The position numbers were made by a program, and so were the translations under genes. A model generated the notes under the pieces. The model was given only the letters and a program-made list of their open reading frames with translations, was not told the DNA's origin and did not search any database. Below, piece after piece: positions 49,279 through 63,236 of a DNA stretch of 64,000 nt; position 1 is the stretch's first letter, and each line of letters opens with the position of its first letter. The DNA comes from Malacoraja senta (taxonomy: Eukaryota): NCBI GenBank assembly GCA_038087875.1, contig CM075989.1:9674001-9738000 (forward strand), written 5' to 3'.

Positions 49279-52200
49279 ATAAGATCAGTGATAGGAGCAG
49301 AATTAGGCCATTCAGCCAATCTAGTCTACTCCGCTATTCAATCATGACTGATCTATCTCTCCCTCTCAACCCCACTCCCCATAACCTCTGACACCCATAC
49401 TAATCAAGAATCCATCTATCTCTGCCTTAAATATTTCCTTGACTTTGCCTTGACTGTGTGGCTGGGGGGCTGGTGGAGGGAGCAAGGATTTAGATTTATA
49501 GACTACTGGGATCTCTTCTGGGGTAGGGATGACCTGTACAAAATGGATGGTTACACTTAACTGGAAGAGGACCAACATTCTGGCAGGCAGATTTGCTAGT
49601 GCTACACGTGTGGGTTACACTAAATAGTGGGGGGGTTTGATAAATTGGGAGTATAAAGATGGAGTTAAAGGGGAAGTGAGTACAGGAAAAAGTTACAAAA
49701 GGCTCCCTAATTAATGGGAAGGAAAGTTCGAGAAGGGATAAGAGAGTAAGGTCAGGGCCAATAGTGACCGGTGTGAGAGGGGAGGTGAATACCGAAGTTA
49801 AAGTGTTGTATATGAATGCACAAAGTATATGAGATAAAGTGGATGAGCTTGAGCCTCAGTTAGAAATTGGCAAGTATAATTTGTGGGAATTACAGAAGAC
49901 ATGGCTGCAAGGGGACCAGGGCTGGGAACTGAATATTCAAGTGTATATGTCCTATCGAAAAGACAAACAGGTGGGCAGAGGGGGAGCGGTAGCTCTGTAG
50001 GTGAGGAATGAAATTTAGGCCCTTGAGAGGGGTGACATAGAATCAGGAGATGTCGATTCAGTATGAATAGAACTGAGGAATTGTGAAGTTAAAATACCAT
50101 AATTGGATTTATCTACAGGCCCCCAAACAGTAGCCTGGAAATAGGGTGCAAGGTTGAATCAAGAGTTAAAATTGGCATGTCGTAAAGGTAATGCTACGGA
50201 TGTTATGGGAGATTTTAACATGCAAGTAGACTGGGAAAATCAGGTTGGTATTGGACCCCAAGAAAGGGAGTTTGTGGAGTGCCTCCGTGATGGATTCTTA
50301 GAGCAGCTTGTACTGGAGCCTACCAGGGGAGAAGGCAATTCTGGATTTAATGTGTGTAATGAACTTAATTTGATAAGGGAACTCGAGGTAAACGAGCCAT
50401 TAGGAGGTCCATAATATGATTACGTTTTATCTAAAATTTGAGAGGGAGAAGGGAAAATCAGAAGTGTCAGTATTACAATTGAACAAAGGGGACTATGGAG
50501 CCTTGAGAGAGCTTGCCAAAGTTGACTGGAAAGATTCCCTAGCAGGGATGACAGTGGAACAACAATGGCAGGTATTTCTGGGAATAATTTAGAAGGTGCC
50601 CGATCAGTTCATTCCAAAGAGGAAGAAAGATTCCAAGGGGAGTAAGGGTGACCGTGGCTGACAAGGGAAGTCAAGGACAGTATAAAAAATAAAAAATAAG
50701 TATAACATAGCAAAGATGAGCAGGAAGCCAGAGGATTGGGAAACTTTTAAAGAGCAACAGAAGATAACTAAAAAGGCAATACTGGGAGAAAAGATGAGGT
50801 ACAAAGGTAAGCTAGGCAAGAATATAAAGGAGGATAGTAAAAGCTTCATTTAGGTTTGTGAAGAGGAAAAAATTAGTTAAGACCAAATTTAGACCCTTGA
50901 AGACTGAAACAGGAGAATTTATTAATGGGAACAAGGAAATGGCAGACGAGTTGATCAGGTACTTTGGATCCGTCTTCATTAAGGAAGAACACAAACAATC
51001 TTCCTGATGTACAATTGGCCAGACGATCTCGGGTGACGGAGGAACTGAAGGAAATTCACATTCGGCAGGAAATGGTGTTGGGTAGACTGATGGGACTGAA
51101 GGCTGATAAATCCCCAGGGCCTGATGATCTGTATCCCTGGGTACTTAAGGAAGTGGCTCTAGAAATCGTGGATGCATTGGTGATCATTTTCCAATGTTCT
51201 ATAGATTCAGGATCAGTTCCTGCGAATTGGAGGGTATCAAATGTTATCCCACTTTTTAAGAAAAGCAGGAGAGAGAAAACAGGGAATTATAGACCAGTTT
51301 GCCTGACATCAGTGGTGGGGAAGATGCTGGAGTCAATATAAAAGCTGAAATAACGGCACATTTGGATAGCAGTAACAGGATAGGTCCAAGTCAGCATGGA
51401 TTTACGAAGGGGAAATCATGCTTGATTAATTCTTCTGGAATTTTTTTGAGGATGTAACCAGGAAAATGGACCAAGGGAGAGCCAGTGGATGTAGTGTACC
51501 TCGACTTTCAGACAGAATTTGATAAGGTCCTACAAAGGAGATAGTGGGCAGAATTAGAGCACACGGTATTGGGGGTAGGGTACTGACATGGATGGAAAAT
51601 TGGTTGGCAGACAGGAAACAAAAAGTAGGGATTAGCGGGTCCCTTTCAGAATGGCAGGCAGTGACTATGGGGTACCGCAAGGCTTGGTGCTGGGACTGCA
51701 GCTGTTTACAACATACATTAATGATTTAGAATAAGGGATTAAAAGTAACATTAGCAAATTTGCAGATGACACAAATGGCAGTGTGAACTGTGAGGAGGAT
51801 GCTATGAGGATGCAGGGTGACTTGTACAAGTAGTGTGAGTGGGCAGATGCATGGCAGATGCAGTTTAATGTGGATAAATGTGATGTTATCCACTTTGGTG
51901 GCAAAAACAGGAAGGCATATTATTATCTGAATGGTGTCAAGTTGGGAAATGGGGAAGTGCAACGAGATCTGGGGGTCCTTGCTCATCAGTCACTGAAAGT
52001 AAGCATGCAGGTACAGCAGGCAGTGAAGAAAGCGAATGGCATGTTGGCCTTCATAACAAGAGGTTGAGTATAGGAGCAAAGAGGTCTTCTGCAGTTGTAC
52101 AGGGCCCTAGTGAGACCACACCTGGAGTATTGTGTGCAGTTTTTTGTCTCCAAATTTGAGGAAGAACATTCATGCTATTCAGGTAGTGCAGCGTAGGTTC

Positions 52201-53495
52201 ACGAGGTTAATTCCCGAGATGGCGGGACAGTCATATGTTGATGGAATGGAGCGGCTGGGCTTGTACACTCTGGAATTTAGGATGAGAGAGGAATTTATTG
52301 AAACATATAAGATTATTAAGGGTTTGGACACGCTAGAGGCAGGAAATGTTGGGGGAGTCTAGCACCAGGGGCCACAGTTTAAGAATAAGGGGTAAGCCAT
52401 TTAGAACGGAGATGAGAAAACGTTTTCACAAATCTGTGAATCTGTGGAATTCTCTGCCTCGGAAGGCAGTGGAGGCCAATTCTCTGGATGCTTTCAAGAG
52501 AGAGTTAGATAGAGCTCTTAAAGATAGCAGAGTCAGGGGATATGGGGAGAAGGGAGGAACGGGGTACTGATTGTGCATGATCAGCCATGATCACAGTGAT
52601 TGGTGGTGCTGGCTCGAAGGGCCGAATGGCCTACTCCTGCACCTATTGTCTACTGCCTCCACAGCCTTCTGAGGCAAAGAATTCCACAGATTCACCGCCC
52701 TCTGACTAATACATTTATCCTCATCTCCTTCCTAAAAGAACGTCCTTTAATTCTGAGGCTATGACCTCTAGTTCTAGACTCTCACTCAAGTGGAAACATC
52801 CTCTCCACATCCATTCTATCCAAGCCTTTCACTATTCTGTACAATTCAATGAGATCCCCAATCATTCTTCTAAACACCAACAAGTATAGGCCCAGTGTCG
52901 TCAAATGCTCATCATATGTTAACCTACTCATTCTTGGGATCATTCTTGTAACCTCCTCTGGACCCTCTCCAGAGCCAGCACATCCTTACTCAGATACGTT
53001 GCCCAAAATTGCTCACAATATTCCAAATGCACCCTTACCAGCGCCTTATAGAGCCTCAGCATTACGTCCTGTTATTATATACATGCCCTCACGAAATAAA
53101 TGCTAGAATTGCATTTGCTTTCTTTACTACTGATTCGACTTGCAGATTCATTTTTTGGGAATCCTGCACCAGCACTCCCAAGTCCCTTTGCACCTCTGAT
53201 TTCTGGATTCTCTCTCCATTTAGAAAATAGTCTATGCCTTTATTCCTACTACCAAAATGCATGACTCTACACTTTTCTATACTATATTCTATCTACCACT
53301 TCTCTTCACACTCTCCCAACCTATCCAAGTCCTTCTGCAGAGTTCCTGCTTTCTCTACACTAACTGCCCATCCACCTATTTTCGTATCATCCGCAAACTT
53401 GGCCACAAAGCCTTCAATCCCCTCATCCAAATCATTCATATGCAACGTGAAGAGCAGCGGCCACATCCCACCATCCCTGCGGAACTCCGGAGTTC
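49279..53495 (-). mobile_element. CR1 fragment (49279-49450 + 52654-53495), inside a Penelope terminus and split by another CR1
   Basis: FVAKFADDTKIGG on the minus strand near 53370-53410; 3'UTR at 49279-49450 continues at 52654. Confidence 0.85.
49451..52653 (+). mobile_element. CR1 LINE with nearly complete decayed ORF2 (APE + RT)
   Basis: VLYMNAQSI, MGDFN, KSPGPD, NYRPVCLTSVVGKMLESI, SKFADDT, MQFNVDKC; tail CTACTCCTGCACCTATTGTCT; many stops and frameshifts. Confidence 0.92.
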
Positions 53496-54273
53496 CATCT
53501 TTAGAGAATATGGATAGGTGACGTTTTCAGGTCGGGATCATAAAAAAATGATATATTGCTCGTCAGCAAATCGAAGATATAGATTGAATAAAGGCAGAAA
53601 ACATAGCCTGGCAGTTTCAGTTGTCGGCCACGAGGATATTGGCATTTTAGGGGAAAGGGAGGCCCCAAAGGAGAGGAACTGAGGAGTAGAATTACCTGAG
53701 TAGGTTCCAGCCCAGAGTGGCGTTACTTAAAACCTAGTTGTTTCAGAGAGCATACCAACTGGTGTTCCTCAGAACAAGGCCAATTAATTTTGCTATTAAC
53801 AATGTTACGATGCAGATATTGTGCCAGACACAAATAATAACTTGTGACCTCAAGTTTTAGTTAAATTTCCAGGATCCTTGTGATTTTACCTGGAAATGGC
53901 TGCACTTGCATTCCACTTTGGGGAGCAAACAACTTTCAAATATGTCAACCAAAAACAAGAAACTTCTAAAATCTCCAAGCCTATGTTTTAAAACAGATTT
54001 AAATATAAAAATTATATTTTACAAAAGATGGGGTTTATTTATATATTGAAAATAATAGTCTAATCCAGCAGAGACAGAAATTGGTCACTGTTGGTTTCTT
54101 GGTGAGCAGACCAGGGCACAAGTTTCATCACATGTTTTTAAGTTTCATCAGCACAATAAAAATATTCAATTATTATTATTATGGAATAAACTATTTAAAG
54201 TTCAATTTTACTGCTTGAATACAAAATGGACGAAGACGTTAGGAATGATGCCTTAACTCAGGGCTCAAATTAT

Positions 54274-54650
54274 GGGTGGCACAGTGGCACAGCCAGTAGA
54301 GTTGCTGCTTTACAGAGCCAGGGTCCCGGGTTTGATCCTGACCCTGGATGTTGTCTGTGTGGATTCTGCATGTTCTCCTTGTGACTGCGTGGGTTTCCTC
54401 AAGATACCAGGGTTATGGGAGAAGGCTGGATCAGCCATGATAGATCAGCCATGACCTTATGCTCCAGTTTTTTCCCACATCCCAAAGATATGTTGGTTGT
54501 AGGTGAATTGGCCTCATAAAAAAAATTACTCCCTGTGTATAGGGAGTGTATGAGAAAGTGGGATAACATAGAACTAGTGAGGATGGGTGATCGATGGTCG
54601 GCATGGTCTCGGTGAGCTGAAGGGCCTGTTTCCATGCTGTATCTCTACAC
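54274..54650 (+). mobile_element. tRNA-derived SINE with a small CR1-tail insert (~54400-54455)
   Basis: GGGTGGCACAGTGGCACAGCCAGTAGAG, GGGTTTGATCC, tail GAAGGGCCTGTTTCC. Confidence 0.8.
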
Positions 54651-54989
54651 TAGAGTCAGATCAATGAGACAACTGGTTTTGGGGAGGATAATCATTTAGC
54701 ATATGGAAATTATATAATATTTTTGCAACCCAATAACTCAAGGTCAGGATACTATTTTGAAAATTTTCTGATTTGGATTATGAATTATCTATTTGTTCTA
54801 TTTTTACCGTAGCTTTAACAGTAGAATTCATCATTTGAATGATGGAATCTAATTTCTAGACATATATTATAATAATTCTTAATTATCTCTGAACATCTTG
54901 TAACTCTTCAATCCTTTTGTCTCTCACCTTGTCTTTTCAAATCTTTCCTTTGTCCATCATATGCCTAACAACCTCACCCCCCCCCCCCC

Positions 54990-55150
54990 CCACCCCATAC
55001 ACAATTAGCGTGAAGGGCCCTGACCTGAAACATGACTGAACCGTGTTCTCCAGAGATGCTGTCTGACCCACTGAGTTACTCTAGCATTGTGCCTTTAAAA
55101 AAATATATATACCAGCATCTGCAATCTGAAATCTGCAATTCCCTGTTTCT
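54990..55150 (+). mobile_element. Penelope-terminus fragment
   Basis: gaagggccctgacctgaaacatg...ccagagatgctgtctgacccactgagttactc. Confidence 0.7.
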
Positions 55151-55329
55151 GTAGAAAGATTAACATAGAATAACAGCTCCAAATGTTTTCTTTGGTTTTG
55201 AGATTATCCTTCACATTCCATGAAAATTAATTCCTGATGGCATATGTTCTATGGCATTTAATGATGTGCTTTAAAATTATTTTACCACCTCGCATTATAA
55301 TTCCAATATTTTACCATAACTACACCAGG

Positions 55330-56690
55330 GGCATTGAATATAAGAGCCAATAAGTCATGTTGTAGCTTTATAAAACTTTGGTTGGGCCAAATTTGGAGCA
55401 ATTGGAGTGTGTAGTTTTGGTTGTCCAATACATGAAGCTTGTGGACATTTTGTAGAGGGTGCAGAAGAGGTTTAAAAGAATACTGTCTGTATTATAGAGT
55501 ATTAGCTCTGAGGAGAACCTAGACAAACTTGGATAGGTTTCTTCGGGGGCATTGGAGATTGAGGGGATTTGGAAAGGCAAGGACTGATTAAAGATAGTCA
55601 GTGAGGCTTTGTGCATGGGAAATAGAATTTATCAAGACCTCTGACAAGGTATTACATTGTAATATGTGATGCCTATGCGATCTGGTCTGGAAGATTAGAT
55701 CATAGTGAATCCTGATCAAGCTAGGCAGTTGGATACAAAATTGGTTTGAAGGTAGAGAATTGGTTTGAGACAGGTGGTGGAGAGGAGGATTGGTTTTCAG
55801 ACTGTTGGTCCTTATTTATATTAACAATTTTGGATATGAATGTAGATGGCAAGATTGGTAAGTTGCCAAATTGCACTAAAATTAATGGTATAGTGAACAG
55901 TAAAGAAGGTTATCTACTATTATTATAGGATCTCAATAAACTGGGTCAATGGCAGACAGAATTTTAATTCAGGTAATGTGAGGTCTTGCATGTAGGCAGG
56001 ACAGGACTACAATGAATGGTAAGGACCAAGTGAGAATTGTAGAACAATGGGACCTAGCGTTACAAGTAAATTCCATGGAAGTAGTAAGACAGGTTAGACA
56101 GGGTGGCTAAGAAGGCTTTGGCACACTAGCTCTTCATCAGTCAGGGTACTGAGCACAGGAGTTAAAACATCAAGTTATAACTATATATGATATTGTACTG
56201 TGTACAGTTCTAGAAGCCCCTCTGTTGGAAGGATGTTATTCAACTGAAAAGGATGTAAAAAAAGATTTATTGGGATATTCCTGGGTCTGGAGGATTTGAG
56301 TTAGAGAGAGGGGTGATCGAGATTTTATAAAATCATAAGGGGATGAGATAAGGTGAATAGTTGCAATCTCGCCACCAGGATAGAGGAGTCTAAAACCAGA
56401 GGGCATAGATTTAAGATGAGCAGAGAAAGATTTTAAAAAGATCCGAAGGGCAACCTTTTCACATAGAGGGTCCTGCATACATCGACCCATCGACCAAAGT
56501 GCCAGAGGAAGTGGAAGAGTTGGGTACAATTATGACATTTAAAAGACACCTGAACAGGTACATGGATAGGAAAGATTGGGAGGATACAGGCCATGTGCAG
56601 GCAAGTAGGACTAGTTCGCTTCGGCAATTTGGTTGGTGTGGCCTACTTGGGCCAAATAGCCTGTTGCCGTGCTGCAAAACTTTATAATTC
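55330..56690 (+). mobile_element. Old CR1 fragments
   Basis: Decayed RT (IGKLPNCTKINGIV) and 3'UTR gacacctgaacaggtacatggatagg. Confidence 0.65.
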
Positions 56691-57497
56691 AAATAAAATA
56701 ATTTCACAATTGAAATCTTTGCCTTACACCATATCCCTTTGCTGTGCATAGCAAGTATAAACAGTGATTGAAGGAAAGAGTAACTAAAAATCTTTGTAAT
56801 AACATGGTCTAATTTTGGAAATATATTGGTTCGGCATAAAAATAACAATTTTTGCTGAAAATAATTACATAGTAGTACAATTTGATATATATATTTATAA
56901 TTTTTCAGAAATCTAGTGTTTAAAATAATAGCTATGAATGCAAAACTCCATTCATATTATATATGCTAACAGTTATTAACTAGTTACATTTTGCAATGTC
57001 CAGACTTTTGGGCTCCTCGATGGATATAAATCCTTCTGAGTATTTCAACATACCATCTAGATAATGCAACGGATCATGCATGATAAACCTAAACATTTGA
57101 AGACAGTTGAAATAAATATAGTTCTATAAATCAAAAAATATTAAATATACATCTATTTAAAAATCAGATTTCAGAGATACAAAACTAATCAACATTTATA
57201 CTAATTAAAATAAACCTTCACTATATTTAGTTTATCCAGGGCCTCAGCTCTGCATAACTGAGCTCTGCCCCTGTACTCAATGCTTAGTGCAATGGACAAG
57301 TGTGGATGGAAGCAATGCACTGGCCAAAAAGAGGACCTGACCCACTGACAATGGGTAAGTGCATGCATTGATATATGGTTGGGTGGCCTTTCTAAAATGG
57401 TACCACGACCTTTATTGAACAAAATTGAAGTTTCAAAGAAATAAAATCTTGTTGAATTTCTACTGGCTTTTGATAAGACCTCATTTACAGTACTGTG

Positions 57498-57600
57498 TAG
57501 GTCTGAAGAAGGGTCCCGATTTGTAACGTCACCTATCCATGTTTTTCAGAGATGCTGCCTGACCCACTGAGTTATTCCAGCATATTGTGTCCTTTTGTGT
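57498..57600 (+). mobile_element. Penelope-terminus fragment, hammerhead stem I intact but core mutated
   Basis: TAGGT CTGAAGA...GTAACGTC ACCTA. Confidence 0.8.
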
Positions 57601-57774
57601 AAATATTTTAGTTATCAAAACTTAGAGAGGAAATAATGTATAGAAATGTTAGTCCCCTTGAAGGTTTGTTGAAGACACTGCTACGAATTTCATTGGTGCT
57701 TGGATCCCAACGTCTTGAACGCTACTGAAAGAGCATTGAGATTTTCTATATTTGAAAATATGCCATGTGTGACT

Positions 57775-57864
57775 GAAGAAGGGTCTCGACCCGAAACGTC
57801 ACCTATTCCATCTCTCCAGAGATGCTGCCTGTCCCGTTGAGTTACTCCAGCATTTTGTGTCTAT
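57775..57864 (+). mobile_element. 90-bp Penelope-terminus insertion with intact minimal hammerhead core
   Basis: 11-bp TSD CATGTGTGACT (57764-57774, 57865-57875); CTGAAGA A GGGT CTCG ACCC GAAA CGTC. Confidence 0.88.
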
Positions 57865-59835
57865 CATGTGTGACTTAGGTGGATCTGAAAGATGGGGAAG
57901 AGGTGGGAACAATTAGAGTGCTTGAGGAATGAAAGCTGGTAGTCTCAGGTTAAGAACAGGGACTAGAATAAGGGCAGAGATCAAGTAACTGAGCAGGCAT
58001 GAGTGAGGATGGGTTGTGTAGTACTGGTTGAAGGAGGCACTCAGCTAAATGGCTCTGTCAGGTCTCCATCACACTGGTTTTGTATCCATTGCTTATTTAA
58101 TGGAGAAACTGGTGGAACATCTTACAAGAAAATATGTTTGTAGATACAGGTCCTAGCACACTGAGGAAAGGTAAGAAAGCTTGGAGTGATGTGAGTGGAT
58201 AGAGGATTAAAATTTGCAAATTGTATTTATTGTTGCATTGAAGCTTGTGTTTTGTGTCTCCTGGTCTTTATCAGTGACGTAAATTTCCTAGACATTCAAT
58301 ACACCATTGCTATTACTACATCATTTGTATCTCGTAAAAATATATCCAATATCAATAAAAAATAAGTAATAGGATATTTAAAAGTTTTTGAGATTTTATT
58401 TCGAAGTTCTTTCATTTTCATTAGGACCATACTTGAAGACTGCTTCTGGGATTTTTGCAGTGTTTCTCTACTTAATCAAAAGCCATGATGCAAGCGATTT
58501 GTTCCCCCTTTTGATGCGAAAGTGCCTTGCATTTGCTCTGTACTGCTGCTCCACTAGAGTGCTATGATAAAGGGCATAAACAGCAAGCCTGCTGAGTTTT
58601 AAGAGTATTACTGCACCAGCTAGTTGTGCGTCACCCGCTTCCCTTGTTTATTTTCACAAGAAAAGGTATTGGTGAATATTAGAGAAAATATAATCATTAA
58701 AAAAACAACAACTGTATTATGCAACCATTTACATATATAAGCCTTTCAACTGCAACATGAATACATTTGCACAACAACTGCTAATGTCTGGCAAGAACAT
58801 ATCATATTCAAGTGCGCAATTTACATCCAAAACAAGAAAGTGATTAAAACTACCTACAAACTGGTTGTACTCAAATGCAGAAGATATTTGCAGGACAAGG
58901 TTTTAAGGAAGACAGTAAGTAGAAAATTTGAGAAAAACGATTGTTCTTTATTTCCCCACCACATCCTTTGTTATTTGCAAGGAAAAACCTGAAAATATTA
59001 CACACCTACACTATTACCTACAGAAAACAAAAGCATCTCTAGTTGATGCAATAAGATTTTACTCACTACCATATACAAGATGAATTGCAGTTGTGAACCG
59101 ATTGTAACTGTACTCAATTGAGTGAAAAGCTATTTGCGCAACATAATGGGCATCTGGGAGGACGATTACATGAAGTGTTGAGACAAAAATCTCAGTTTTC
59201 GGTTAGTCTGGAAGTCGTAGTCACTAACAGTATGCAAGCTTGCCTGCTTGGTAAGCCACAGCTCATTCCTGCCATCTCCATCCCCAACATTTATTTTAAA
59301 ATGCTTTGTCAATTAGCAGTTGGAGTTTGTGAACTGCCATCCGGGTATGTGAGGAGTGTGATCGCTTTCAAATTAAAGAGAAACAACAAAGTAATTCAAC
59401 CCACTGCAATAAAATTTAAGTGGTTGTAAAAATAAATGGGTTGTTTTTTTTATATACAAGTGCAAACCAGAGTAGACAGTCTCCCTTTAAGCCAAGGTTA
59501 GTGCAAGCAGTGATCAATACCTCAATCTCAATAAACTATTTCAATAATAGTTGATTCAGGTGGAAACAGGAGTTGAAATTTCTGTTCATCGACCTATGTC
59601 ACCTTGTCATGTTTGCTGAACACTGATAATACATCATAGCTGTAATGGAAATGACTAAGTGTAAAGTGTACACAGAAAGGCACCCACAGAATCGCTTTCA
59701 TTCTTCAACATCAAATCAATATGATATGCATGCCTTCAGCCAAAACCATATGATGGATGCTAGGAGGACATTAAAAAACCCTTTACCAACATTTCTCAAT
59801 GCATTCCGTGGTAATAGGTAGAGGCAGATACTCAC

Positions 59836-59900
59836 TTGTACACTGTCCCTCCATTGCCATGACCGAGGATATCTCGATACTGAATGTCCTGTTCATTCAT
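59836..59900 (-). CDS. MAP2K5: MAP2K5 coding exon (65 nt, ~exon 8), Gly-rich loop
   Basis: Minus strand ttttag|ATGAAT...TACAA|gtgagt translates MNEQDIQYRDILGHGNGGTVY(K), matching recalled MEK5 MNEQDIRYRDTLGHGNGGTVYK; ends phase 2. Confidence 0.97.
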
Positions 59901-61048
59901 CTAAAAGAAGGGAAGGTGGAAAAAAAACTAGTAATGTCAGGCAAGCGTATAGAAATGTCAAGGAAAAGTAACTCAAGGCCATAAACAACAAGCATCCAGG
60001 TCATTTCAAGTTCAGCAGCAAGTGGGAAAAGATCAATACAACATTTGCTGTTCAATTTATAAAAGACAATACCAAGGGACGAAGTGATGGAAAGTTTAAT
60101 GACAATTTGTTTGCCTGGGTCATTTCATTAATGTTTGATAAAAGATGTCAAAACTGAATGATATAACATGGTTTAGGTGGGTCAGCGTGAGGAACCTAAA
60201 TGGCGGACCGGGGTTTGGGGGAGAAGAGAAAGGAAGCTGACTGGCATCGCTTAAACCCCAAGGGCAAAACAAAGGCAAAAATGAGAATTCGGTATAAAAT
60301 CATGCCATTCTGCCTCAAAACTGAAACAATTTAATTTAGCTGAGAGTGGCTTTGGTCTTCATTACAAACAAGTAGGAATGCAGCCATCCTTCAAAGTGTA
60401 TGTCAGTGCTGTCAAAGTCTGTAGCGTTCAATGCCAGTCACATGGAAACAAGAGACAGGTGCTGCAGAAGTGTTAATGTCAAAGACTTCAATTGTCAACT
60501 TGGTTAGAGAGTTAAGAAATAACCTCTATAGCATTTTGTCATTCTGTTTAAAGAATATAGAAATTAACTTTATTTCCCCCCCTCTATTTTCCCCACATCT
60601 TTGTTCCCCTTCGTAACATCAAATAAAGTATTTCTGGTAAAGAAGGCAGCAGAACTAGCCTCTCTCTGATTTTCAACGTTCAGTGCTAATGCATCCTTTA
60701 CTAATAAATGGGCAATTTCATCAAAATCAAGGAAAACTACTCAGGAATGTCAAACTGCTCACATTTATCAGTGGAAATGCCAAAAGCTTTGGGACACCAG
60801 TGCAAAGGCTGAACTCCCAAACTTACTGGCATCCTCCCCCCTGTTTTCCTGACTACACTTTGACTTGGACCCACTCAGTAGATCCAGCAGCAGAATTACA
60901 AGCTTGCTGGAACTGCCCATGAGTTACAGTGGGGATTCTGCTTTATAGGCCTATTGCAGAAACAACAAGCCTCTGCATCTCAATTGAGAAGAAGAACTGT
61001 TGGGAGGAAGGGTAAATATTAGTTAATTCGCATTTTTTGCATAAATTG

Positions 61049-61145
61049 ACAGACACAAAATGCTGTAGTAACTCAGCAGGTCAGGCAGCAGCTCTGGAGG
61101 ATATGGACAGGTGACATTTTGGGTCACGACCATTCTTCACTCTGA
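61049..61145 (-). mobile_element. Penelope-terminus fragment (another on + at ~61750-61850)
   Basis: agacacaaaatgctgtagtaactcagcaggtcaggcagca...ttcttcactctga. Confidence 0.75.
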
Positions 61146-62327
61146 TGGGGGGGGGGGGGGGGGAGAGAAGAAAGCTGCAAGAGGGAAGTTTTTAAAATAA
61201 ATTGTTTAGTTAATATTTTAACTGCTTCTGTGTTTATTTTATTTAAACATATTATTTATTTTTGATTCATTATTAATAGTTTAAAAAATCTATTACAATA
61301 TCTGCGAAATTTAGAAGCAATTGACTGATCTTACACAAAGCCCAGGGTAAGGTTAGGTTAGTTGACAGGATTATGCAGTCATTACTTGGGCGAAGTTTGT
61401 TCTGGTCCACCCTTGTGATGGCATACTTCACACTCAGCTCTACCACTGTTCTGCTCCTTGCCATTTAACACTGGGCAGCAAAGATGACATTGGCGGATCC
61501 AAAAGAGCAAGTTCATACTTCTTCCTATATCAGCAGAGAGTGTAAACCAACCACTTCTGGCTTAACACTTGCAATTAAGGCTAAATAGTTGATCAGTGGT
61601 CATAGTAACGTGAAAGGTAAGCCACTACACAAATAATCCCGATCAACAAAACATTAATATATTATTTTTAAAAAGGTTTTCCAGTCAACTACATCTAAAA
61701 ATTTCAATCCGTTCAAATATCTGCTGTCCTTAGCCTTCACTGCTACAACCTATCCATATTCTCCAGGGATGCTGCCTGATCTGTTGAGTTACTCCAGCAC
61801 TTTGTGTCCTTTTTTTGTAAACCAGCATCTGCACTTTCTTGTTTGTACTTAAAACCCAAGCTTCCACCAACATATCCCTGGACACCACAAACTAATTTTC
61901 TTCCTTATACATCCAAAGTGCATTGGGATTTATTTTCCTATATTAGAGGCTTTGAATAATGCAAACTGTATTTTGTGTACTGTGTTATACATACAACTCT
62001 TTCTATATTTATTTCCAATTTCTACCATTCATACTTTTGTTATTATCTGTAACTTGTTTTAAATTTGCTATTGTGTTTGGCGGTGCGCTTGTATGGTAGC
62101 TAATCAGCTCAGCCCAACTTACACTCACCATCTAGCACTCCCAACAGGTTTTCACTGATTATTATTATTATTTCTGCAAGAGTTTGCAGTTACTTTAAAC
62201 CATTCAATTGATTTGTCACCAGGATGTTCAAATAGCCTGGCTCTTTGACGCAAGCATAATAAAAGATCACTTGAACAACCTAAGCAGTGAAATTCCAACT
62301 TTCCTAATCTTCAGTGAAACCTTTCAA

Positions 62328-63186
62328 TCTATCTATATAATTAAAAGTGTCATCTTGACCACTTCCTGTCTGCACTGTATATTGATTTACAGTGTAGAAA
62401 AAACGCTGTGATTTTTGGCCATCTTACTCACAGTCCTCCTCCGCTGAGCCAGCCCTAAGGATTTTTCCCATCGATGAAAAATAAAAAAGTTATGAGTGTT
62501 TAAAAAACCTTGAGATCAGCTGATTGGTCCGCTCGCCTGTCAATCACCATGACGAAGGTAACGCCCCTTCTGGGGGGGGGGGGGGCAGGACTATAAAACC
62601 CCGGATGCCTGGACTTGAGTCAGACACTCTGCAAAATCGCGAGGGAGAGGCCACGACTGTCATTCTAACCTGTGAATCAACTGAACTGTGAGTCTGCAAT
62701 GTACTTGCAATAAATGATTTGTTAGCCCTTAATGACAATGCCATGAGTTGTTTGGCCTGCTGCCCTGCCTGTGCTTGAAAGTGCAATGCTTAATTGGAAA
62801 TGAAATGAAATGAAATGACAATGCCATGAGTAGTTTGGCCTGCTGCCCTGCCTGTGCTTGAAACTGCAATGCTTTATTAGGTCCAACTGTGTTTGGAAAG
62901 AATAAATGCTTTATCAGGTCCGACTGTGTTTGGAAGGAATAAATGCTTTATTAGGTCCGACTGTGTGTACTGCAAAGGTCCCGCTCATTTCGTGACTTAC
63001 ACTTAGTGGACAGGTCGCGCTGATTGCGTAATTTCCGGTGAGTGCAGAGGTAGCGCTGATTGCGTAATTTCTGGTAAGTGCAGAGGTCACGCTGATTGCG
63101 GAAGTGCCGCTGACTGCGGAAGCCTCACAGTGGAGAGGCTGCGCTCAGCCGTGAGTAGATTCAAGAAAGTTTACTATCATATATAT

Positions 63187-63236
<50 letters not shown>

